Source: Candidatus Ozemobacteraceae bacterium
GTDB taxonomy: Bacteria > Muiribacteriota > Ozemobacteria > Ozemobacterales > Ozemobacteraceae
Direction of reading: 5' to 3'
Assembly (NCBI GenBank): GCA_035373905.1
Contig: DAOSOK010000006.1
Location: forward strand, 17,102-81,101
DNA: 64,000 nucleotides
The position numbers were made by a program, and so were the translations under genes. Positions 16,612-26,745 of this stretch are shown here, piece by piece. The notes under the pieces are model-generated. The model was not told where the DNA came from, did no database searches, and saw only the letters and a list, made by a program, of their open reading frames with translations. Every line of letters starts with the position of its first letter. Positions within the stretch are counted from its first letter, which is position 1.

Positions 16612-17685
16612 CTATTTTTTGAAGCTCTTGTCCGTCAGCGGAAGCATGTAGTCATACCGGGCATCTTTCGGAAGCGGCTGTTTCCAGAGTTCCTTTTCGA
16701 TCAGGCGGTTGAGCTGGCGGCCGAAGATCGCGCCATAGCGGTTGATATAATCTTCCTGCTTGTCCTTGCCTTCGAGAAACAGGGAGCCGAAGCTCTCGAT
16801 CTCGGCGACGGCGCGGGCGACGAACGGAGCCCGGATCAGGCCGTACATCCCGATGCCGAAGAAGTGATACCAGGCGCCGTAGTTGTCACCCAGCGGCTGA
16901 GAATCGTGCCGGATATAGGCGAGCTTCTGCTGAAGCGGCGAATCCCCGCGGTCGATACGGTAGGGGTCGCTCGCGAGCACGTTTTCCGCGGTGAGCATCG
17001 TGAGATACATGTTTCCCTTGTTCAGCAGATAGCTTTCGCGGAACAGTTCGTGCAGCTGAATGCTCCGGTCGGGCTGGTTCATGATCCACCGCTCGAGGGC
17101 GGGTTCCTGCCCCGTGACGGCATACCGCGATGTCCAGCCGCAGGCAAGCAGAAGAAAGATCTTCGAGCGCATGAACAGAAGGGTTGGAAACTCTTTCTGC
17201 TTGCCGATGATGAACCGGCCGACACGGTGCCAGAATCCGTACCACAGATATCGATGGGCTTCGGACGACCATTTGTGCTCTTCGCCCATGACCGGCGTGA
17301 TGGCCGGATACTCTTCGAGGATGACCCGGTGTATGGCATTGATCAGCCGGGGAATGTGAATCGGTTTCGTCCGGCCGATCTTGAGCGGGTCTTCCGCCTG
17401 CCCGGTTTTCTGGGCCGTCTCGATCGCCTCGAGCTCCCGCTCCTTCTCGATCTCGGCCTGTGGATACGAGCCGCCGACGAGGGTTTTCAGCAGTTTCCAG
17501 GGAATCTGGTCGAGTTTGCGGATGAGATAGGCGTCACCCCGTGGATCGACCATCTGGAGCCCGCTCTGCTGATAATGCTCGCCGTTCGAACGTTTCAGCC
17601 AGTCCTTGAACTCGCCCGCCGAAACCGGTGAGAATCCGCACCAGAGAACGATGAGAGCCAGAACCGACACTCGATTCAGACGCAT
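16612..17685 (-). CDS. Secreted hypothetical protein
   Basis: Signal peptide MRLNRVSVLALIVLWCGFSPVSA. 357 aa, Trp/Tyr-rich, no recognised motif. Confidence 0.55.
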   Translation of the reverse strand: MRLNRVSVLALIVLWCGFSPVSAGEFKDWLKRSNGEHYQQSGLQMVDPRGDAYLIRKLDQIPWKLLKTLVGGSYPQAEIEKERELEAIETAQKTGQAEDPLKIGRTKPIHIPRLINAIHRVILEEYPAITPVMGEEHKWSSEAHRYLWYGFWHRVGRFIIGKQKEFPTLLFMRSKIFLLLACGWTSRYAVTGQEPALERWIMNQPDRSIQLHELFRESYLLNKGNMYLTMLTAENVLASDPYRIDRGDSPLQQKLAYIRHDSQPLGDNYGAWYHFFGIGMYGLIRAPFVARAVAEIESFGSLFLEGKDKQEDYINRYGAIFGRQLNRLIEKELWKQPLPKDARYDYMLPLTDKSFKK

Positions 17686-17792
17686 GCGTGCAATGCCCCT
17701 TCAATGAGTTTTTCCTCATTATACCCGGAATCCGCCTATCCCGGAGTACCCCACCAGGGAGGGTGGCGATCCCTGCATGACACGATTTTCTC

Positions 17793-17866
17793 GTTCCCGT
17801 TCGTGCTGAGCCTGTCGAAGCACGAGAGGCCGTTCGCCCTTCGACAGGCTCAGGGCGAACGGGTGG
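17793..17866. repeat. Dispersed hairpin repeat element, copy 3
   Basis: CCCGTTCGTGCTGAGCCTGTCGAAGCACGAGAGGCCGTTCGCCCTTCGACAGGCTCAGGGCGAACGGGTGG. Translates to PFVLSLSKHERPFALRQAQGER. Sits between two co-directional minus-strand genes. Confidence 0.6.
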
Positions 17867-17868
17867 CT

Positions 17869-18519
17869 TCATTCTGCAGGACTCGATTTCAGGGAGGCTG
17901 AATCCGATTCGGCGGGTGATTGTTCCGCGAGAAAAACGGGGCCGGAAGCGCTCCAGGTATGGAGAAGAGTCGCCCTCCCGCCGTGCGGCCCCTCGAGCAG
18001 GACGGTGTCGGTTCCGTAGCCGAACTTCGCGAAAAAATCGGGTTCCCCGTCGGGCTGCTCGTCGCACGTGGTGCGAATGGAGATTCCCGGCTGCGAAGGG
18101 ATGAGAATGCGAAGATCGCCGGCGTAATAATAATCGCGGAGCGAGTCTTCATGAAGCTCCCGCTGGAAACAGGCTTCGAGCTGCCGGGGCTGCTCGGGCG
18201 GAACTCGCAGGAGCGGCACGTATAAGGAATTCCGAAGGACCCATTCCCCGTCGCGTTCGATCATCAGCACGACCGGTTTGTTCCAGGACCACCAGAGACC
18301 GATCAGGAAAGGCCCGTACAGGATCGCGACGCAGACAAGCGTCGGAACGAGGCGATAGGAAGACGCATACGCAGGATCCATCGCCTCTTTCGCCGTCGGG
18401 AAGAGCAGCGGCCGCAGAATCTGGCCGGCGATGATCCAGCCCAGAAACACCAGGAAAAATACGATGATCCAGGTGATAGCCACCGTCCCGAAATCGAACA
18501 CCCTGATTCTTTCGAACAT
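17869..18519 (-). CDS. Hypothetical membrane protein (2-3 TM helices)
   Basis: N-terminal hydrophobic helices (VAITWIIVFFLVFLGWIIAG, LVPTLVCVAILYGPFLIGLWW). No recognised domain. Confidence 0.5.
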   Translation of the reverse strand: MFERIRVFDFGTVAITWIIVFFLVFLGWIIAGQILRPLLFPTAKEAMDPAYASSYRLVPTLVCVAILYGPFLIGLWWSWNKPVVLMIERDGEWVLRNSLYVPLLRVPPEQPRQLEACFQRELHEDSLRDYYYAGDLRILIPSQPGISIRTTCDEQPDGEPDFFAKFGYGTDTVLLEGPHGGRATLLHTWSASGPVFLAEQSPAESDSASLKSSPAE

Positions 18520-18537
18520 CGCCCAGTTCCTGCCCTT

Positions 18538-21075
18538 CTATCCGGCTGTTTTCTCCTGGTCCGGAATTCCCGAATCCGAAACCCTTTCGAGCAACAAAAC
18601 CGTGTAATCGTCCGGCTGCGGCTGGCCCGTCAGGAACGACGGATGATGATCGAGAATGTCGCTGCAGGCGTCGGTCAGCGGAATGAAAGGTCGCGTTCCG
18701 AGATACGTCTGGAGCGCGACGATCTTCATTTCGTCTTCTCCGCCTTCGCCGAGCGATTCGTACAGTCCGTCCGTATAGAACAACCATCGTTCGCCGGGAA
18801 GGATCTCGACGGGCGTGCCGGGAGTCTGGGCCTGCTTCATCACGCCAAGTGGCGGAGCGATCGTGCATCGCTGCTGGGTCCAGGTTCCATCCGGAGCTCG
18901 CCGGAACGGGAATACGTGGCCGCGGTGGTAAATCGTCGCCCGATGTTCGATCGTATCGATCACGGTGAACTGGGCCGTAACCATGAGACGCCGCTCCTGG
19001 CTGTTCATGAGCGTATAGTTGATCGTATTCACGAGATTCTCGATGGAAAACCCGTCTTTCGTCCGCTGAAGGACGGAGGTCTTCACGATCGCCATGCCGA
19101 GCGCAGCCGGGACGCCATGCCCCATGACATCGGCGATCATGACGACCAGATGGCGGTCATCGACGACGAAGTAGTCGAAATAATCGCCTCCCAGCTGTGT
19201 CGCCGGGCGCGAGTGGCCGAAAACCCTGTAGCCGTTCAGTTCGAGCGGCTTCTTCGGAAGGAAGTTCGCCTGGACCTGTCGCGCCAGGGAAACCTCGCAC
19301 GCCATCTCGTACAACCGGGCATTCTGGAGAGCCGTGCCGGAAATGCCGAGCAGAGTCGCCCAGAAATTCTCGCTTTGCCAGGGAAGCCGCTCAGCATCGG
19401 TATCATGGAGACACACCGCGCCCCAGCAGGCCTCGCCGACGAGCAGTGGCATATAGGAGGAGTACAAATGCGATCCCGGAACCGTCAGCGGCCGCTTCGT
19501 CTCGAAGACGGTCCGGAGGCGCTCCGCAAGCTCCGTTCTATATTTTTGTATATACGTTTCTCCGCGCGTGCCGGCGACCTGTCCCAGAGGCTGGGCCTGG
19601 CCGGACTGGGGCTCGAAGAAAACGAGAAGGCCGGCGTCGGCGCCCCGAAGCTCGCAGAACTTCGCGATGACCTCCCGCGACAGGATGCTCATCTCGAGAA
19701 TCGCCGGAAAGCGGCTTCCGGCGCTGTGGAGGGCCATCAGTTCCCGCACCTTCTGATCGAGCTTGATGTTCTGCTCGCTGAGAATCGCGTTCGCCCGCTT
19801 GAGATTGGTTATCAACTGCACGAACCGCACGACGACGTATTGGACGACGGACATCAGCAGCGGGATTGTCATCGGGAGCACCAGCCGCCAGCCCGAAAAC
19901 ATCAGGAAACAGAAACCGGCATACACCGACAGCATGCCGGCAAACACTGCCGTCGAGGCAACGAAGGCGCCTTCCCAGCAGAGAACGCCGAACGTGAACG
20001 AGGCAAACACGACGAGAAGACCGACCTGCGTTGCCAACGAAGGGGCTTCGAGAAAATTCGACGCGAGAATGTTCTCGAGCAGGTTCGCATGAACGATGAC
20101 TCCCGGCTTCAATCCGTGAGGGGTGATCCGGAGGTCACCGAGTCCTTTTGCCGAGGGGCCGACGAAGACGATCGCGTCGCGGAAAATCGACGCGTCACGG
20201 CTGACCGACGGGGCAAACACGTCCCAGAAGGTGGCCGGAAGGGCGGTTTCCCTGACGAGATCCGAAAACTTGCAGGTCGGAAACGGCTCTCTCTGCCTGT
20301 CGCCAAGGAAATTGATGTAGACCGCTTTCCCCGTTCCGCCGTGCCACAGGCCCTTTATCGGCTTCCAGGGCGGCAGGTCGATGAGCGGGATGCACGTATC
20401 GCCGAGAGTCACCCCCCCGTCCGTGATGGCGGCACGCCGGCCCGTGACCTGTTCGGCGATCGCGAGGGAATAGCATCGATACCATTCATCTTCGAATCGA
20501 TGGGTCAGAAACGTCTTCTGCAGAATGCCGTCGGGGTTCAGATACTCGAAGTCAGCGTTGATGTACCCGAACCCCGCGGCGGACTCGGCGAGGCCATCGA
20601 AGGGAAGGGAATAATTCTCGCTCAGCTTCGTCATCGAGGAATCTTCATACCCCTCGTAAAATACCTGGGGGAACAGGACGCGGCCGAATCTGCGGCAGCT
20701 CTCGATGAACGCCGCGTCGCCTCCGGGGTCGGCGGAAGAGAGATCCTCAAACATTATATCAAACGCTATTGTTTTTGCCCCGGCGGAAGCGAGGCGGTCG
20801 ACGAGCGTCGCGTAGAATGAGCGCGAAATCGGCCAACTTCCCAGCTGGGGCAGGCAATCATCCGTGATGAGAACGAGGGCGATCTTCGCCTTTGGCTCCT
20901 GGAGGGCCCGCATGCGGTATCGCCAGTCGATGGTGCGGTTCTCGAGCCCGTCGAGCGAGCCGGACAGGAGAAGGGCCGTGAAGATTCCGAAAAACAAGGT
21001 CCCTATTCCGACCTCGAGCAGGCGAAATCGCCTGGTTCCCGGTTCGGAAGCGTCGCCAGATTGCAATATCGTCAC
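18538..21075 (-). CDS. CHASE2-GAF-PP2C (SpoIIE/RsbU-type) sensor serine phosphatase
   Basis: Periplasmic CHASE2-like N-domain followed by TM helices and a GAF-like region. C-terminal PP2C motifs GGDYFDYF...DVMGHGVPAALGMA...FYTDGLYE. Confidence 0.8.
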   Translation of the reverse strand: MTILQSGDASEPGTRRFRLLEVGIGTLFFGIFTALLLSGSLDGLENRTIDWRYRMRALQEPKAKIALVLITDDCLPQLGSWPISRSFYATLVDRLASAGAKTIAFDIMFEDLSSADPGGDAAFIESCRRFGRVLFPQVFYEGYEDSSMTKLSENYSLPFDGLAESAAGFGYINADFEYLNPDGILQKTFLTHRFEDEWYRCYSLAIAEQVTGRRAAITDGGVTLGDTCIPLIDLPPWKPIKGLWHGGTGKAVYINFLGDRQREPFPTCKFSDLVRETALPATFWDVFAPSVSRDASIFRDAIVFVGPSAKGLGDLRITPHGLKPGVIVHANLLENILASNFLEAPSLATQVGLLVVFASFTFGVLCWEGAFVASTAVFAGMLSVYAGFCFLMFSGWRLVLPMTIPLLMSVVQYVVVRFVQLITNLKRANAILSEQNIKLDQKVRELMALHSAGSRFPAILEMSILSREVIAKFCELRGADAGLLVFFEPQSGQAQPLGQVAGTRGETYIQKYRTELAERLRTVFETKRPLTVPGSHLYSSYMPLLVGEACWGAVCLHDTDAERLPWQSENFWATLLGISGTALQNARLYEMACEVSLARQVQANFLPKKPLELNGYRVFGHSRPATQLGGDYFDYFVVDDRHLVVMIADVMGHGVPAALGMAIVKTSVLQRTKDGFSIENLVNTINYTLMNSQERRLMVTAQFTVIDTIEHRATIYHRGHVFPFRRAPDGTWTQQRCTIAPPLGVMKQAQTPGTPVEILPGERWLFYTDGLYESLGEGGEDEMKIVALQTYLGTRPFIPLTDACSDILDHHPSFLTGQPQPDDYTVLLLERVSDSGIPDQEKTAG

Positions 21076-21091
21076 GTGGTTCGCACGGCTT

Positions 21092-21667
21092 TCAGCATGT
21101 CAGAAGGATGGCATTGCAATAGATGCTCGGCTGCTCGACCCGCTCGACCACGAAGCCGCAACTCTCGACATGTTCGCGGATGGTTTCGAGGGACGGCACG
21201 TGATCGGGAGGCGGCCCCTTGTCGCGTTCCGCCTTTGTCCACTCGACGATGCAGACCCGTCCGCCGCTCTTGAGCACTCGTCGCAGGTCGGTCATCAGCG
21301 CGACGGGATTCTCGATCTCATGGTAGACGAAGGCCAGGAGGGCGAAATCGACCGTTCCCCGCTCGAGGGGCAGCTCGTCTTCGGCAGACCGCATGAGCGT
21401 GACGTTGGACAACGCCTGTCCGGCGATCCTGCGGGCCGCATGCTCGAGCATCGCCGGCTCGGTGTCGAGTGCGGTGACGGTTCCGCAGGAGCCGGCCAGC
21501 CGGCTGAGCGCGGGCAAATAGAAGCCCGTTCCGACGCCGATATCCACCACGTGGGCCCCAGCGGGAAGGCGCAGAGGGGCGAAGAGCGTGTCGGGATCGA
21601 ACACGGACAGCCGCTCGGGATTGTCCAGTTTTTCAAAATTCCGGGGGTCGAACTTGTGACCGCTCAT
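21092..21667 (-). CDS. Class I SAM-dependent methyltransferase
   Basis: Motif I VVDIGVGTGFY. Motif post-I/II LDTEPAMLEHA...DFALLAFVYHEI. Confidence 0.8.
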   Translation of the reverse strand: MSGHKFDPRNFEKLDNPERLSVFDPDTLFAPLRLPAGAHVVDIGVGTGFYLPALSRLAGSCGTVTALDTEPAMLEHAARRIAGQALSNVTLMRSAEDELPLERGTVDFALLAFVYHEIENPVALMTDLRRVLKSGGRVCIVEWTKAERDKGPPPDHVPSLETIREHVESCGFVVERVEQPSIYCNAILLTC

Positions 21668-21679
21668 TGTCGTCTCCCG

Positions 21680-22705
21680 TCAACCGAAGGATGCGCGCCG
21701 GCCGAGAATGCCGCTGATGCCGCGAAGCTTCTCGATCAGTCCCGGAAGGCGCTCCGGTTTGAGGGCCTGGCTTCCGTCGCTCAGGGCGTGCTGGGGATCG
21801 GTATGGACTTCGATCATCACGCCGTCGGCGCCGGCAGCGATGCCCGCGAGAGCGACGGGCTCGACAAGCCGCCACTGGCCGGTCGCATGACTCGGATCAA
21901 TGATGATCGGCAGATGCGAAAGCCGTTTGATCGCAGGCACGGCGCTGATGTCGAGATTGAACCGGGTGTAATTCTCGAACGTCCTGATTCCCCGCTCGCA
22001 CAGCACGACGTTCGGGTTTCCATTCGCCAGAATATACTCGGCCGCCATCAGGAATTCCTTGATCGTCGAACTCATGCCGCGCTTGAGCAGAACGGGCTTG
22101 CGAATTTCGCCCAGGGTCTTGAGCAGGCTGAAATTCGACATGTTCCGGGTTCCCACCTGCAGCATGTCGGCATGTTCCGCGATGAGCTCCGCATCGTGCG
22201 GATCGAGGACCTCCGTGACGATCTTGAGGCCCGTTTTTTCGCGCACGCGGCTCAGGATGCGCAATCCTTCCTCGCCCAGCCCCTGAAAGGCATAGGGCGA
22301 GGAGCGGGGCTTGAAGGCCCCGCCCCGGAACAGTTTGCACCCGTGAGCCTTTACCGCTTCGGCGATCGCGAGAGCGGTCGCCTCATTCTCGACGGCGCAC
22401 GGTCCGGCGATGATATGCACTTCGTCGCCGCCGAACACGACATCCCCGCCGACGCGAACGAACGAGTTTTCCGGCTTGAACTCGCGGGAGGCGAGCTGGA
22501 ACGGCTGCCTGACGGGCATGACCCGTTCGACGCCGGCCCAGGTCTCGAACGCCGCATCGATCGCGGGCTGCTCGTCGCCCATGACGGCGATGATCATGCG
22601 GTATTCGTCCTGGAGCTGATGCGCGTCGAGACCGAGCGTTTTTACATGGTCAAGTATTTTATGGGCGTGATCTGCCGTCGCCCAGGGGGCCAGCACAATG
22701 ATCAT
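21680..22705 (-). CDS. aroF: 3-deoxy-7-phosphoheptulonate (DAHP) synthase, class I-beta with N-terminal ferredoxin-like regulatory domain
   Basis: Co-linear with Thermotoga-type DAHPS: IAGPCAVE, KLFRGGAFKPRSSPY, FQGLGEEGL, LLKRG, CERGIRTFE, IIDPSH, and N-terminal MIIVLAPW...IIAVMGDE regulatory domain. Confidence 0.9.
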   Translation of the reverse strand: MIIVLAPWATADHAHKILDHVKTLGLDAHQLQDEYRMIIAVMGDEQPAIDAAFETWAGVERVMPVRQPFQLASREFKPENSFVRVGGDVVFGGDEVHIIAGPCAVENEATALAIAEAVKAHGCKLFRGGAFKPRSSPYAFQGLGEEGLRILSRVREKTGLKIVTEVLDPHDAELIAEHADMLQVGTRNMSNFSLLKTLGEIRKPVLLKRGMSSTIKEFLMAAEYILANGNPNVVLCERGIRTFENYTRFNLDISAVPAIKRLSHLPIIIDPSHATGQWRLVEPVALAGIAAGADGVMIEVHTDPQHALSDGSQALKPERLPGLIEKLRGISGILGRRASFG

Positions 22706-22735
22706 GGACGCACCTCGCGGCTCCGCATGATGCCT

Positions 22736-24058
22736 TCACTCCAATTCGAAACCATCGGGCGTCATGACGACGATGCCATTCGCTATAACGGTATGCACCT
22801 GGTTCTGGCCGGCCCGGTAGCCGATCGACTTCCAGGAATCGGCGACGATCAGCGCCAGATCCATGCGGCGGCCGATCTCGATCGCGCCCGTCTCGTCTCC
22901 GAGGTCAAGGGCATGCGCGGCATGCAGGGTCCCGGCGATGAGCGCCTCCCCGGCCGTCATGCGCAACTGGAGCATCGCGAGCGTCTGGATCAGCCCGGCG
23001 CCGAGGAACTGACAGCTTCCGGGATTGTGATCGGACGCGACCGCCACGGGCAGGCCGGCCTCGATCATCGCACGGGCGTTCGCGTGATGCGGTTCCATGA
23101 GGTAGGTGGACGTGCCCGGCAGAAGGGTCGGAATGACGCCCGATCCGGCGAGCTTTTTGATTCCCTTCCGATCGGTGCAGATCAAATGGTCGGCGCTGAC
23201 CGCCCCGACCTCGACGGCGAGGTCGACGCCGCCGATGACGGTGATCTCGTCGGCGTGGATCTTGGGTTTGAGACCGTGTTCGAGGCCTGCCAGGAGAATG
23301 CGCCGGGTCTGATCGACGTCGAACGCCTTCTTCTCGCAGAACACGTCGTTGAATTCGGCCAGCCGGTATTTCGCCACCTGCGGAATCCATTCGCGACAGA
23401 TCAGGTCGACGAACGTGTCCGGGTTCTTCTTGAACTCCGGCGGGATGGCGTGAGCGCCCATGAAGGTCGGAACGATGCGGATCGGGAACTCGGCCTGGAG
23501 CATCTTCACGACGTTGAGCATCTTGATCTCGGTGTCGAGGTCGAGACCGTACCCGCTCTTGATCTCGACCGTCGTGGCGCCCCACTCGATCGCCTCCATG
23601 AGGCGTTCGGAGGCTTCCTCGAAGAGATCCTCCTCGTCGATCCGGCGGACGGTCTCGACGGTGTTCATGATGCCACCGCCCGCCGCCATGATCTCGAGAT
23701 AGCTCTTCCCGGCGATGCGCATCTCGAACTCGCCGCTGCGGTCGCCCGCATACACCAGATGCGTGTGCGCGTCGACAAAGCCCGGAAGCGCCGTCAGCCC
23801 CGCGCCTTCGACGAACCGGCAGTCGGGCAGGATCCGGACTTCATCGGAAAGCCTGTCCGACGGGCCGATCCAGACGATGACGCCGTCGAGACCGGCGATC
23901 GAGACCCGGTGATCTTCCCGGATCTCCCATCCGACCGGTGTGCCCTTGCCGCAGTATGGTTTCGGAAACCGGACGGCGCAGTCGAGATCGTGAACGACGA
24001 GATCGGCGGCCGGCTTGCCGGCCTTCGGGGCGGCGACGCGACGGGTCATCGTCGTCAC
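22736..24058 (-). CDS. hutI: Imidazolonepropionase
   Basis: Amidohydrolase fold with VDAHTHLVYAGDRSGEFE, HADEI, DHL and AVASDHNPGS metal-ligand motifs. Confidence 0.9.
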   Translation of the reverse strand: MTTMTRRVAAPKAGKPAADLVVHDLDCAVRFPKPYCGKGTPVGWEIREDHRVSIAGLDGVIVWIGPSDRLSDEVRILPDCRFVEGAGLTALPGFVDAHTHLVYAGDRSGEFEMRIAGKSYLEIMAAGGGIMNTVETVRRIDEEDLFEEASERLMEAIEWGATTVEIKSGYGLDLDTEIKMLNVVKMLQAEFPIRIVPTFMGAHAIPPEFKKNPDTFVDLICREWIPQVAKYRLAEFNDVFCEKKAFDVDQTRRILLAGLEHGLKPKIHADEITVIGGVDLAVEVGAVSADHLICTDRKGIKKLAGSGVIPTLLPGTSTYLMEPHHANARAMIEAGLPVAVASDHNPGSCQFLGAGLIQTLAMLQLRMTAGEALIAGTLHAAHALDLGDETGAIEIGRRMDLALIVADSWKSIGYRAGQNQVHTVIANGIVVMTPDGFELE

Positions 24059-24975
24059 GCCTTCGGCAGCATGCTGTGCAGCACGCCGTTGATCTTGTTC
24101 TCGAGCACGCAGCTCGGCGCGTAGTTCTCGCAGCGCAGGTAGTATTCGGCCGTCTCGAACAGCGCGTCCTGCGGCACCAGGCCGATGATCTCGGAACCGA
24201 CGATCGGCACGCCGTAGCGTTCGGCCTCGGCCTTGATCATCTCGAACACGCGGAACAGCGGCGATTTTTTATAGTTTACCATATTCATGGAAACCTGGAC
24301 GATGTTGCGCTCCTTCAGTTCGACGCCCATGCCCTTGACCGACGAGAGGCCGCCCGAGATGCCGCGCACGGCCTTCGCGATCTTGTCGGCGATCTTGATA
24401 TCGCTGGTGCCGAGATTCACGTTGAAGGCGATCAGCGGCATGCGGGCCCCGACGACGGATGCCCCGGCGCTCTCGTGGGGGGCGCACTCGCCGAAGTCAG
24501 GCTTCCATTCGGGCTTCTTCATCTTCTCGGGCAGGCCCTCGAACTCGCCTTTCCGGATGGCCGCGAGGTTCTTGCGGTCGGCCTGCTTCTGGCTTTCCTC
24601 GTAGAGATACACGGGAACCTTGTAGGTCTCGTTGATCATCTTCGCCACGTCGACGCTGAAGGCGACGGTCTCCTCCATCGTGACATCCTGGATCGGAACG
24701 AACGGAACGACATCGACCGCGCCCATGCGGGGGTGCTCGCCCTTGTGGTTGCGCAGGTCGATCTTCTCGAGCGCACGCCTGTAGAGTTCCTTCACGGCGG
24801 GCATCAGGCTCTGTCGGTTGCCGATGAACGTGATGACGGTGCGGTTGTGATCCGCGTCGGACGAGTAGTCCAGGAGAAAACAACCGGGCGTCTGTTTGAT
24901 AGAATCGACGATATAATCAACGTTTTCCTTGTTCTGGCCTTCGCTGATATTGATGATGCTTTCGATGATTTCCAT
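24055..24975 (-). CDS. ftcD: Glutamate formimidoyltransferase (FtcD formiminotransferase domain)
   Basis: Formiminotransferase N- and C-subdomain signatures (INISEGQNKE, HPRMGAVDVVPFVP, GARMPLIAFNVNL). Overlaps hutI by 4 nt. Replaces hutG/hutF in this hut block. Confidence 0.85.
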   Translation of the reverse strand: MEIIESIINISEGQNKENVDYIVDSIKQTPGCFLLDYSSDADHNRTVITFIGNRQSLMPAVKELYRRALEKIDLRNHKGEHPRMGAVDVVPFVPIQDVTMEETVAFSVDVAKMINETYKVPVYLYEESQKQADRKNLAAIRKGEFEGLPEKMKKPEWKPDFGECAPHESAGASVVGARMPLIAFNVNLGTSDIKIADKIAKAVRGISGGLSSVKGMGVELKERNIVQVSMNMVNYKKSPLFRVFEMIKAEAERYGVPIVGSEIIGLVPQDALFETAEYYLRCENYAPSCVLENKINGVLHSMLPKA

Positions 24976-25071
24976 TTTTATATTCTCCCATGTATTTTTC
25001 GTTCGTCACGCATGTCGTCCGACCTTCGCAGGGGCGCAGCGGGATGCGCCCCTGCAAGGCACGGGATAAGA

Positions 25072-26745
25072 TCACAGGCTGGGCATGTCGACGCCGTTTC
25101 TCTTCGCGCATTCGACGGCCAGCTCGTAGCCGGCGTCGGCGTGGCGGACGACGCCCATGCCCGGGTCGCTGGTCAGGACGCGGCGGATGCGGGCCTCGGC
25201 GGCCGGCGTTCCGTCGGCGACGATGACCATGCCGGCGTGGATCGAGTTGCCCATGCCCACGCCGCCGCCGTGATGAACGCTGACCCAGGTCGCGCCGTTC
25301 ACGGCATTGATCATCGCGTTCAGGATCGGCCAGTCGGCGATCGCGTCGGAGCCGTCCTTCATCGCTTCGGTTTCACGGAACGGCGAGGCGACCGAGCCGG
25401 TGTCGAGGTGGTCGCGGCCGATGACGATCGGCGCCTTGACCTTGCCGGTACGCACGAGCTCGTTGAACAGCACGCCGGCCTTTTCCCGGTCGCCGTAACC
25501 GAGCCAGCAGATGCGCGAGGGCAGGCCCTGGAAATGCACCTGTTTTCCGGCCTTCTCGATCCAGCGTTTCAGCGCGGCGTTCTCGGGGAACAGCTTCAGC
25601 AGCTCGCGGTCGGTCGTGTAGATATCCTCGGGATCGCCCGAAAGAGCGACCCACCGGAACGGGCCTTTGCCCTCGCAGAACAGCGGCCGGATGTAGGCCG
25701 GTACGAAGCCGGGGAAGTCGAACGCGCGCTTCAGGCCGCGATCGAGCGCGACGGTGCGGATGTTGTTCCCGTAATCGAACGTGATCGCGCCCTTGTCCAT
25801 GAGCGCCAGCATCGCCTCGACGTGGGTGCGAATCGAATCTTTCGCCCGCTCGACGTAGGCGGCGGGATCGCTCTTCCGCAGCTTCGCAGCCTCCTCCAGA
25901 GACATACCTGCAGGTATATATCCATTCAGCGGGTCGTGGGCCGAGGTCTGATCGGTAAGCACGTCGGGGACGAAGCCCATCTTCACCATCTGCGGCAGCA
26001 CCTCGGCGCAGTTGCCGAGCAGGCCGATCGACAGCGGCTTCTTCGCGGCCTTCGCCTCTTTCGCCTTCGCGATCGCTTCTTCGACCGAGGCTACCATGAC
26101 GTCGCAGTATTTGTGGTCGATGCGGCGCTTAATGCGGGTCGGGTCGACCTCGACCGCGATGCAGACGCCGTCGTTCATCGTGACGGCGAGGGGTTGGGCG
26201 CCGCCCATGCCGCCGAGGCCGCCGGTGAGCGTAATCGTGCCGGCGAGCGAGCCGCCGAAATGTTTGGCGCCGACCGCGGCGAGCGTTTCATAGGTGCCCT
26301 GCAGGATGCCCTGCGTGCCGATGTAGATCCAGGAGCCGGCCGTCATCTGGCCGTACATGATGAGGCCCTTGCGGTCGAGTTCGTGGAAGTATTCCCAGTT
26401 CGCGAACCGCGGCACGATCATCGAGTTGACGAGCAGAACGCGCGGCGCGTCGGGGTGCGAACGGAACACGGCGACCGGCTTGCCCGACTGAACGAGCAGG
26501 GTCTCGTCCTCCTTCAGCCGCCTGAGGGTGGCGAGAATCGTGTCGAACGCCTCCCACGTGCGGGCGGCTTTGCCAATCCCGCCGTAGACGATCAGTTCCT
26601 CGGGTTTCTCGGCGACCTCGGGATCCAGGTTGTGCTGGATCATCCGGTAGGCAGCCTCGGTGAGCCAGTTGCGGCAGCTGAGCTTCGTGCCGGTCGGCGG
26701 ATGGACGATGCGGGCCTTAGACGAGTTGGACGCGTTTTGCGACAT
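25072..26745 (-). CDS. hutU: Urocanate hydratase
   Basis: Full-length match to HutU signatures ([45 protein letters not shown]). Confidence 0.95.
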   Translation of the reverse strand: MSQNASNSSKARIVHPPTGTKLSCRNWLTEAAYRMIQHNLDPEVAEKPEELIVYGGIGKAARTWEAFDTILATLRRLKEDETLLVQSGKPVAVFRSHPDAPRVLLVNSMIVPRFANWEYFHELDRKGLIMYGQMTAGSWIYIGTQGILQGTYETLAAVGAKHFGGSLAGTITLTGGLGGMGGAQPLAVTMNDGVCIAVEVDPTRIKRRIDHKYCDVMVASVEEAIAKAKEAKAAKKPLSIGLLGNCAEVLPQMVKMGFVPDVLTDQTSAHDPLNGYIPAGMSLEEAAKLRKSDPAAYVERAKDSIRTHVEAMLALMDKGAITFDYGNNIRTVALDRGLKRAFDFPGFVPAYIRPLFCEGKGPFRWVALSGDPEDIYTTDRELLKLFPENAALKRWIEKAGKQVHFQGLPSRICWLGYGDREKAGVLFNELVRTGKVKAPIVIGRDHLDTGSVASPFRETEAMKDGSDAIADWPILNAMINAVNGATWVSVHHGGGVGMGNSIHAGMVIVADGTPAAEARIRRVLTSDPGMGVVRHADAGYELAVECAKRNGVDMPSL

